Shown: one piece after another, positions 53,791 to 62,730 of the stretch
How the letters are laid out: each line of letters starts with the position of its first letter
Numbering within the stretch: the stretch's first letter is position 1
The notes under the pieces: model-generated
The model's database searches: none
Told to the model about the DNA's origin: nothing
The model's input: the letters and a program-made list of their open reading frames with translations, nothing else
Position numbers and translations under genes: made by a program
Assembly (NCBI RefSeq): GCF_001194135.2
Contig: NC_068984.1
Location: forward strand, 36,296,323-36,359,052
Source: Octopus bimaculoides
Lineage: Eukaryota
Length of the DNA stretch: 62,730 nt
Reading direction: 5' to 3'

Positions 53791-54262
53791 ATAAGTGACA
53801 AATCAAAACACGAAGAATGGCGCGCATATATGCTTTAAAAAAGACATCAAAATAATGCCAGTTATAATTGGTTATGCTTTACAAATGTTTATACTTAAAT
53901 AAAAACGCAGAGGAAATCAACTATATAATATCAGGAAATTAAAGGCTAATTCGATCCATCACGAGAATAAAAAAAAATGAAGAAAAATGGCACTCATTTC
54001 TATTTGAAAATTGTTTCTTTACTCCAGCATCAAAGTTGAATATGAAAAGTTTTTGAACTTCATGTTTATCTAATAATGATAGCGATATACGTGTGTCGCA
54101 TGTTATTAACAATAGGAACATTTTGTCACATTTTACATTCAATATCCGTTTCAGGTCTAAACAATTCTACTTCTCTTCTTCTTAATTATAGTAGTATTCT
54201 TAATGTCATTATTATTATCGTTATAGTTATTATCATTATTATTGTATTTATTATTAAACGAC

Positions 54263-54331
<69 letters not shown>

Positions 54332-54783
54332 ATTCTTGTTGTAGTGTACCTTTCGTCTGACATTTAAGCAAATACAAGACATCATCAACATCATTATTAT
54401 TATTGTTGTTTTTTGTTATGCTGTTTTGTTTACACATCATCGTTATAATATATTGATTCTTGTTTTTTTCTTCTGTTTAACTACCAGGATTTCACAACGA
54501 GCATTAGAAAGTTTTCTTTCTTTCTAAGAATATAATCTGATCCAATGAGGACAGATGTTTGGAGAATGTCAGTATCTGTCTTTATGTCTAACCATTTCAA
54601 GAAGTGTGAACATCTTTCTAATTGATTATAATACACCGACGTTAATGAATTTAGCTTTCAAATCATTTTAACTTTCAATCCATATAACCCTATATTCTTA
54701 ATTGCTTTACTTTTAATTAAGTATATTTAGAGATTTTTTCTTCACAGCTAACATTCTACCAAGGTTTCATACAATTTTTCAAG

Positions 54784-54861
54784 TCACGTTTGGAAGATAT
54801 TGCGAAGAGTAGATACACGAGCCTACAGCGACTGCCCACCATGAATATTCATACAATTTTG
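54784..54861 (+). CDS. Candidate internal exon of an unidentified gene (SRLEDIAKSRYTSLQRLPTMNIHTIL)
   Basis: Acceptor caattttttcaag and donor ttg|gtaagt; 78 nt, open in phase 0 to 0. No homolog recognised. Confidence 0.2.
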
Positions 54862-55224
54862 GTAAGTGCTGCGGAATTAACAAGAATGCATGTGTGTAAT
54901 CTCTGCATCTGTAAGTTGGAGAATATCGTGGGTTGACAATGATCACGTTTCATGAACGGGAAGATCTTGGATTTCCAAAGTTACTTGATTAATACTTCCT
55001 GAAGCTTTTTCTGGATAATGAGAACTGTATCATTAATTATTAACATATAATGTGCTTTCTTTTTATTTCTTTCGTACTTATCTTCATCTGATCTCTGTCT
55101 AAGCACACATTCTGGAATTTGTTTCCCCATCCCTTCTTCTTGATACACTTGAGTCAAAGAAAAGAAATCCATCTCCCTTGACTCCCACCTCATCCTCATC
55201 CTTTTCTTCTTTTTCCTCATCTTC

Positions 55225-55348
55225 TATTAGTCTTGACGATCCACATCTTGCCAATTTGTATTTCAAGATCTTTATATTTACTCACTTTTTGGTAGGTCAT
55301 GACACTTACATACATGTCAATTGGGACAGTCATCTCGATGAGTGGGCA
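55225..55348 (-). mobile_element. R4/Dong-type endonuclease fragment
   Basis: Translates as KSCPLIEMTVPIDMYVSVMTYQKVSKYKDLEIQIGKMW. The DNA closely matches 38680-38735 (tcaagatctttata...ttttggtaggtcatgaca). Confidence 0.85.
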
Positions 55349-57318
55349 TGATTTTAAGATTCCACGCAACATGAAACCTTTTTCTGAAGGAGATTTTGTC
55401 AATGAATGTAACATTTCGGTGATTGAAATTCTATGTCCAGAGAAAGAGAAGATTAGAAAATGTGTTAGCTTGTCACGTAATACTATGATCCCAAGGACTG
55501 AAAAACTGACCAAATATACGAAAATGCAGTTGAACGAACTTTGTAAAACCTTCGAAGCTTACAGCATTGCCATCGGCGAATATACCGAAATTAAATATAT
55601 GCTACAACTGGCGGTTTTCGTGAGAGGTGTTCATTTAAGTTTTAATATCACTGAAGAGTTACTTGCTCTATGCCCTATGAAAGGAAATTGTACTGGCGAT
55701 ACTATTTTCAAAGAAATCGATACTACGCTCGAGGAAGCGAATTTGACTTACAATCGCCTGGTGGGAATTGCTACCGATGGTGCTCCGGTGAGGATTGGCA
55801 AAGAACAAGGCTTGCGTGGTTTAATCCAAAGAAACCTGGAATGCCTGAACATGATAAAAGACCAAATATTGTGGTACCATTGTATTCTACATCAGGAATC
55901 ACTTTGCTCCAAAATCATTAAATTTGATCACGTTATGGATAATATCGTAAACTCCGTCCACTTCATTCGGAGTCGTACATTAAATCATCGACAGTTTTGA
56001 AATGTTCTTGATGAGATAGACGCCAGACGCCAAATTTGCAAGCATCCCTTATTTTACAGTGATCAGGTTGCTTAGCCGTGGCCGTACTTTCAAACACTTT
56101 TACGATATTCGAAAACTAGTGGTAGCATTTCTTGAAGCAAAAGGTAATTCGTGCATAAACTTGATGACGACAAATTGCTGAATGATGTTTCTTTTCTGAT
56201 GGACATTACAGACAAGCTGAATGAGTTGAATGTGCGGTTACAAGGAAAGGAAAAACTCATGCATAATTTGTTTCAGAAGGTGACAGCTTTCCAAAATAAA
56301 CTGGATTTGTGGATTGCTCAAATTACTGATAGCAATTGTGCTCACTTTCCTTGCCGGTAGGAACAGTCGCACATTTCAAACATAAACCGGTAATTCTCTG
56401 TGAGCGAGTTAAAACAGATTTAAGAATAATTTGCCAGAAGATTCAAGGATTTCCATACTAGTGAAGACCAGCTGAAAATGTTTTCAATGCTTTTTGACGT
56501 GGATCCTACTGATGCTCCCTTTGAGCTTCAAATCAAATTGAATAAATTGGAAAGCGACTTTGATGTCAAGAGTCAACTTTAAATATGAATCTGATGGACT
56601 TCTACAAATACGGTCTGCTTCACACTCAATATCCAAATCTTACTTGCTACTCAAAACGCTTTCTCGTTTTGTTCGGTTCGACATGGATATGTGAATACCT
56701 CTTCAGTCGCAGGCAATAGGTAAAATCGAACAAACGAAATTTTTGCATGATGCTCACCTCCAAGTGGAACTCTGACTGGCCTACCAAATATTCCGGCAGA
56801 CATTGAAAAGGTTCTTGATGACTCGAACCAATTTTAAGTGTTCGTTCATTATACATTTTCGTTCATTATACATTTTCGTTCATTATACATCCAAAATAAA
56901 GTTATTTTATTAATGAATTCAATGCCATTTGAACAAATGTTTTTACTGAAATCTTTATCAATTGTTAAATTCATTTTGTAGAATGTAAAGTTATAAGTCA
57001 AATTATGTTTTATGATCATATACATGTAATATCTCGAGGCTATAATTTTTTGATAGCAATGACGAATTAGAAGTAGTATCTTTTGTATGTATAAATTGAG
57101 TTAGGAATAATAATTATATACTGTGTAATTTCTGTGCATAAAATAATACAATCAGTATTTTCAGCTCTGAATACTTATTCAAACCATTTCAAGTAGTTGT
57201 ATTAAGAAATGAAAGACTAGAAATGAAAGTCCGGCCCACTGGCGCCGTTCTTTTCTTTTTTCTATTATTTCTTTTTTCTTAAATCCGGCCCATGTTCGGA
57301 AAAGTTTGGGCAACACTA
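55349..57318 (+). mobile_element. hAT transposon (Charlie/SPIN/GTF2IRD2-like), left end missing, transposase pseudogenised
   Basis: Contains KPFSEG.FV, QLAVFVRG, ATDGAP, HCILHQESLC, LMDIT..LNELN..LQG and FGST..CEYLFS, with stops and frameshifts after 56000. Subterminal ccggccc motifs are present and the right TIR is aaaagtttgggcaacacta. Confidence 0.95.
56841..56890 (+). repeat. 3 x 17-bp tandem repeat (ttcgttcattatacatt) in the hAT 3' region
   Basis: Read directly from the sequence. Confidence 0.95.
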
Positions 57319-57519
57319 TCGTAGACGATAATATGGTGGGGGATGGTTAAGCAAACACTAACGTACACAGATCAAATCAGCGAAGTAAAACTGCCATACA
57401 GTTGTTGGCGAGTAAGTAAACAGCAGAATTTGTAAGCAAAAAACTAAATCTAATCCAGTAAACTGCAAATTTAGTGCAAATAAACTTGACAAAATATTAG
57501 TTTTACACAGTCCATTAAG

Positions 57520-57960
57520 CACGGATAGCAGATCGGCTTTGGAACTCCAGAAGTTATTGGCAAAAATCCGAATTTTACGCAGTTATTCGATGACTTTTTC
57601 CATTCAACGCGGATTCACTTGACAAAAACATAAGCTTAAAACAGTTATTAAAGTATGAGTAACGTTTGTGCCAAATTTGGAGCGAATCGGTTGGAAACTG
57701 CGGAAGTTATTGGACAAAAAGAAAAAACGATTTTTACAGTTATTCGCGTATTTTTCACAATTGATGCGGATGCAACTGATAAAAATTTTAAACAAAATAA
57801 ATCGTATGTCATGAGTTATGTTCTTGTCAAATTTGGAGGAAATCGCTCGAAAAACCAGAGTTTTGGACAAAAAAATGACTTTCTGAACAGTCATTCGCGG
57901 ATTTTGGCTAAATGCAAAGGTGGGGAGGTCTGGAAAATCTAAAGTCGGTCATGACCACCC
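57520..57960 (+). repeat. About three diverged ~155-bp tandem units (probably the internal array of a DNA transposon or Helitron-like element)
   Basis: aagttattgg-like motifs recur at about 57551, 57704 and 57860; cagttattcg-like motifs at about 57587, 57737 and 57888; caaatttggag..aatcg in units 2 and 3. Confidence 0.7.
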
Positions 57961-58099
57961 TTGGAGCATAAGCTAACAGCGTAGCAGTTTGAGCGAAATA
58001 GGGTGAAAATGTGGAAATGTATAACTTGCACACACACAGACACCTTGTGGTTTAGATATATACATAGATGGGCCAATGAGAATAAAAACAGGAAAACAA

Positions 58100-58560
58100 T
58101 AAAAGTTAAAATGATGTAGAAAGTGAATATATCTGATTGACGCACAGAGAAATTTTAAGAAGGAAAAAGACGTGTTTGACGTTTCGAGCATGGCTCTTCA
58201 TCAGAAAAGAGCAAAGAGTCCATCGAGAAGGAAAAAGAAGAGTCAAAGAAAAGCTCGAACATTCTTAAATGGATAAAAAATAACTGGCTGGAAGCAAGGA
58301 GAGTTAAGGAAATTAGCTTTTGAAGATAGGAAGGGTGAAAATGACTTGTGTGTGCGTATCTGTGTGTATGTGTGTGAGTGTGTGCGTGTGCGCATGTGAT
58401 GGTGCATGTGTATGTGTGTATACGTGTGTGTGTGTGTGTGTGTGTGTGAGTGAGTGTGTCTGTCTGTGTGGGCCAATGAGTGAAGTGTGTGCGAAGGTGT
58501 GACGCGAATGGTTAGTAGCAGTAGTTAGATTTAGTGGTCAACAGGTGAGATGACGTATGT
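58100..58560 (-). mobile_element. Non-autonomous Penelope-like repeat (terminal region)
   Basis: Pyrimidine-rich on the minus strand with an internal (CA)n tract, ending in ttttctgatgaagagccatgctcgaaacgtcaaa, the typical PLE terminal motif. Confidence 0.55.
58169..58209 (-). ncRNA. Minimal type I hammerhead ribozyme-like motif
   Basis: RNA 5'-CUUUU CUGAUGA A GAGC-CAU-GCUC GAAA CGUC^AAAC: conserved core, 4-bp stem II, palindromic ACGU stem III and a 3-bp U-A stem I. Confidence 0.6.
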
Positions 58561-58660
58561 GTGATTGTGCGTTGGTACTGTGCGTGTATGCAGCTGTTTG
58601 TGTTGGTACGCATTAACGTGTGTGGGTGAGTGTGTATGGGTGTGCGTTTACGTGTGTATG

Positions 58661-59265
58661 TACAGGTTTCGGTGAATAATGCGTCGTCTAAATTATGAAA
58701 AAATTAAAATAACACTGACATCTAATTTTCACAGATATATTTACCAAAATTACACAAAAATATCTTGAAATACAAAGCAGTAAATTTATTCAATAAAATA
58801 AACATTGGCTTCAACTACGACCTCCAGACGACTTCGGAATGTACTGCAACTTTCTGCACAGACTCTATGTTTAACTTGGTGAATGCTGCCATAATTCTTG
58901 CCTTCAGTTCATGTTTAGAGTTACAAGGAATCTCTCACTCAACTGCGTCCCACACATAGTTGTCAATGGGAGGTAGGTAACAAGATGCTAGGGGTGATGT
59001 GGTCGCGGAAATTGTCTGACAGCCATGACTAAGTTTTCCCGCTTGTGTGGCATGGTACAGAGTCCTGTTGCCAGACATAGGATCATCCAGCTGCCACCGT
59101 CTTCCCCCAGGGCAGCACTCCCTCTTCTAGGCACTTAATGTAGGCCTCTGTGTTGAGGCTGAGACTGTATGCGAAGATTAATAGAGATATAGCGTCACCA
59201 TCGCTTGTGATCACTCCAAACACTATGATGTTGACTGGATGTTTGATTTTTATCGCTCTTTGTAC
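58661..59265 (-). mobile_element. maT/DD37D transposon 3' half with terminal repeat
   Basis: Minus strand gives KIKHPVNIIVFGVITSDGD...LNTEAYIKCLEEGVLPW...YVWQQDSVPCHTS...WLSDNFRDHITP and SRLEVVVEA. The terminus is TA-caggtttcggtg. Confidence 0.92.
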
Positions 59266-59409
59266 ATGTCCTCAGATTGCATTGCCCGGAGATTAACACC
59301 CAAACACTCTGAAATGTTCGCATTGGAGCTGCCGGTGTGAATGTCAGGCAGTATAGATTTAGTGTGGATTTAGTCTACAACGTAGGTAGTTTGAGTTAAG
59401 CAGCAATCT

Positions 59410-59620
59410 GGGAGAATTGCTAGCTCGCCGTGCAACATGCTTAGCGGCATTTCCTTTGTCTATACATCTGGAGTTCAAATTCCTTCGCGGTGAACTTTAC
59501 CATACATTCTCTTCAGGGTCGATAAAATAAATTTTAATTGAGCACTGGGGTCGATGTAATCGATTTATCCTTTCCCTCGTAATTGCTAGTCTTGTGGCAA
59601 AACTTGAAACCATTATTATT
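59410..59620 (+). mobile_element. SINE family B
   Basis: Contains gcttagcggcatttc, the B-box gagttcaaattcc, the cagggtcgataaaataa core and the tail cttgtggcaaaacttgaaacc(att)n. Confidence 0.85.
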
Positions 59621-60878
59621 GTTGTTGCTTTGGGAGTATTACAATTATTGCAGGATTTTTCACTCTAGAAGTCCGTATTACTTGGGTAGATGCAGTGTTG
59701 CTTGTGATATACGAGTAGTAACTTGTAGTGCTATTTACAGTATTCTGTAAGTTGTGGGGTTAGGTTAAATATTCTCTTTTCTAAGTTTTATTATTTCTTT
59801 AGTCACTCAATTTTAAGAACAATATCCCATATATCTACTACAATTCTCCTTATATCTGCCATATCTTTACATTAGGTTGATTTCTTTTAGAGATATGAAG
59901 CCGTACATTTTATGCTGTAAGAGCTAATTTCGATGATCCTTGAATACAATTTCCCGTTTGAATTCTTTCAGCTACCACTCCACCCACCTCCCTCTCTTTC
60001 TCTCTCTTCCTCTCTTTCTATGTCTTTCTCTCTTATCTGTCTCTCCTTACCACTATCTTTCTCAATCAGGTAATTAATATTTACTTGACATTTTCCACAT
60101 ATGGTGCAGTTAAAGTACTTGTATCCTGCTTCTGTACATGTTTGTGTTTCTGTATATGTAAAGTATTTAGACTTGCTATGGCAATCAAATACCTTTTGCA
60201 ATCAGTTTGGATTTCATTGCCAAACATCCAGCGTCTTGTGTCTTTTTATAGATTTTCGCTTTGGGCATTCGTATAAAGTATTGACACTAAAGGGTTTTTC
60301 CAGCCAACTGAATCATATGATACTTTATAATCTGATTTTAATTTACTTTCTAGATTTAAGATAGATTATGATGTTATATCTACAACTTCCTAAAGGCAGT
60401 CAGTTAACTTCGGGGGCGGGGGTTCGGGTGGACAGGTTCTAGCAGAAAGTAAACGGCTTTTACTTTCGTTAATGTTTCATAGATATCTATTTACTACCCT
60501 TTGTCATTTACAGTCTAAATTTTAGTTCTGCAATAGATATAAATAAAATAATTGTAAGACAATCTTATCAGCCTTCGTTCTTGTTAAATATGTTTCTTTT
60601 GTGTATTTAAGCTGCATTCATTATCCGTCTTTTTAGGTCTCTAGATTTGCTATTTTCTTTATATCCAGACTAGAATGTTGTAAAAATAACATATCACTAG
60701 AACAAATAGTGTGGTGATAACTGTTACCTTACTGTTAGTATTTAATTCTCATTAAAAATAAAAACAGCTCTCGTTCTAGAAGTTTGCTTCTTCGTTTGCG
60801 TTGTGTTTGGCCCACATGAACCCCTTCATATAGCTAGTCTGAACTAAATCTATTTATCTGCTCGTACTTTTCAACTAG

Positions 60879-60943
60879 GATAGAATTATACGTTCCTTCA
60901 CCATTTTTGCTATTGTGGCTGTTTATATCTCTGCTCTCACCGA
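60879..60943 (+). CDS. Candidate exon with a hydrophobic, TM- or signal-like segment (DRIIRSFTIFAIVAVYISALT)
   Basis: Acceptor ctcgtacttttcaactag and donor cga|gtaagc; 65 nt with two frames open. It could be non-coding. Confidence 0.25.
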
Positions 60944-61659
60944 GTAAGCTCCCGTTAAATTTATATATCTGAAACTACATTTTTAAATACAATGATCTCA
61001 TTTAAAACTTATACAATTTTGAGTGAAATTCTCTTCTATCGTTTTTCTAGTGGAGAAGCTGCATAGATAAGCCTTCATAAGGTTATTCATGTAAGCTGGT
61101 TTCTGTGAAGGTGAACGTATATCATCAACTTTAAACAGTTATACATATAGGAATATTTATCGAAAGTATTCCTAAAATAATACCAGTAGTAAGAAAAAGC
61201 GGTTATATTCCTATCTTATGTCCTACTCTTCTTCTGAAGCACGAGAAATCAATACTGTCATTTTGTTTTTGAATATGATATTTATTTTCTGCAACTTACC
61301 ATTCAGCGGTCACTTCAGCCATCACCAGCACTCCATTTACTCTATATACATTCAGCCGTCATTGAGAAGACAATTTATCGAAAAGTTAAGAACGTTGAAT
61401 ATAACGAGCCATTCATCAATTACTATTCTCACGTCTGCCTATAGAATTTTGCTGGCTGAAAAGGTTGGCGACACGTCGCCCAATAGAAGATAATAGAAAG
61501 GAGGCGAAAGCGAGTTCAGCAATCTTCTGCATCAATCATTAATACTTACTAGAAATTTACTGCAATAAATCAAAGATGACGCGAAGAGACTACAGGGGGT
61601 GGTAAATATAGCAACTGGAGTAAGTTCACACGAGTTAGCGGTGTCTTACATTGTACACG

Positions 61660-61689
61660 TTATTATTATTATTATTAATATTATTATTA

Positions 61690-61786
<97 letters not shown>

Positions 61787-61950
61787 TATTATTATCGTCA
61801 CCTTTATTATTATCATCATCATAAGCATCATTACTATTACTACTACTACCACTACTACTACTACTACTACTATTACTACTACTACTATTACTACTACTAC
61901 TACTACTTCTACTACTACTGCTATTGCTACTAATAATACAATAATAATAA
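61660..61950 (+). repeat. Compound (ATT)n/(ATC)n/(ACT)n microsatellite
   Basis: Read directly from the sequence. Confidence 0.97.
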
Positions 61951-62149
61951 TACCAAAACCAATCTGTACTTCCTTTGCTACAAATGTGACGAATGTGGGG
62001 CATTGACGAGGTGGATTTGAAAAACTGCGGTCGTTTTACATGAAAAACTATACGTTGAAGATAGAAAAAAATGTAAAATGTATACATAATTGATACATTT
62101 TCAATAATTGGACAGTGAAGCCCGAAAACTGTTTTCTATAATAAGAATG

Positions 62150-62505
62150 ATTTCTAATATAGGCACAAGGATAACAGTCTTAAGAGAGTTGCTTCATCGA
62201 TTATATCGATTTCAATATTCGGCTATTACTTTAGTCTACTGATTGCGAAAGGACCACAGGCAAAAACACCTACAGCTGAAATTGTAAACGGAACCTAAGG
62301 AACTGGAGAAATAAGGCAAGGTATCTATTCCCACGTTCTATGGATTCTTCGAGGTTGCTACATTTAATAAAGCTTCGTAATTTATCAACTTTTAAAGGGA
62401 AAAATTCAAAGGCTAATCCGGCGAGATTTGCAATCAGAGTATCAAAAACCCGGAACAAATGCCTCAAAATATTTTTTCAGACGCTCTAACGATCCTGGCA
62501 AGTAA
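62150..62505 (-). mobile_element. Two partial, decayed SINE family B copies
   Basis: The tail ttctaatataggcacaagg and the head ttttcagacgctctaacgatcctggcaag match the minus-strand copies at 15866-16517. Confidence 0.55.
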
Positions 62506-62511
62506 CCGAAC

Positions 62512-62573
<62 letters not shown>

Positions 62574-62575
<2 letters not shown>

Positions 62576-62730
62576 CATCCGAACAGGAGTTCTACCACCC
62601 AAACAGACCTTGTGGATAAATAACATCCAGAACAAAATTTAAAAAAAGAGAAAAGATTTATCGATTCTCAACGAAATTAGTAAACAATCAACACTACTAA
62701 GTAACAAGAAGAAAACAAAAATACTGTACA
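62574..62730 (+). mobile_element. R4/Dong-type ORF fragment starting at (AAT)n and running off the window
   Basis: Translates as PPKQTLWINNIQNKI*KKRKDLSILNEISK...KKKTKIL, similar to the pre-RT motif W..R.Q.KI..LRKDLS.L.E. Confidence 0.5.

Noticed and set aside
60395-60455. Inr-like TCAGTT, GC box ggggcgggg and a donor-like aaa|gtaaac
   Set aside because: Short motifs like these are expected by chance, there is no CpG island, and no ATG links them to the downstream candidate exon.

Overview
AT-rich, microsatellite-dense eukaryotic DNA from a draft assembly with 10 N-gaps, most flanked by (TA)n, (TG)n or (CT)n tracts. The SINE and LINE families look like those of an octopod cephalopod, probably Octopus sp. 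This assignment comes from pattern recognition, not a search. I cannot confidently identify any host protein-coding gene, rRNA, true tRNA or CRISPR array. The window reads as intronic or intergenic DNA full of decayed mobile elements: two main tRNA-derived SINE families (one in head-to-tail arrays), at least six fragments of R4/Dong-type restriction-like-endonuclease retrotransposons near (AAT/ATT)n tracts, a HERO-type element, Penelope-like (GIY-YIG) remnants, mariner/Tc1/maT remnants, two mariner-derived MITEs and a left-truncated hAT (Charlie/SPIN/GTF2IRD2-like) transposon. Most ORFs in the supplied track are artefacts of microsatellites and N-runs. Best leads: (1) minimal hammerhead-ribozyme-like cores in small non-autonomous Penelope-type repeats (58169-58209 minus; 50340-50373 plus; degenerate at 10612 and 4612), possibly a retrozyme-like family; (2) a microsatellite-seeded nesting island at 33.6-42.2 kb containing head-to-head fusions of truncated elements; (3) long foldback palindromes; (4) a low-confidence chain of phase-compatible plus-strand micro-exons.
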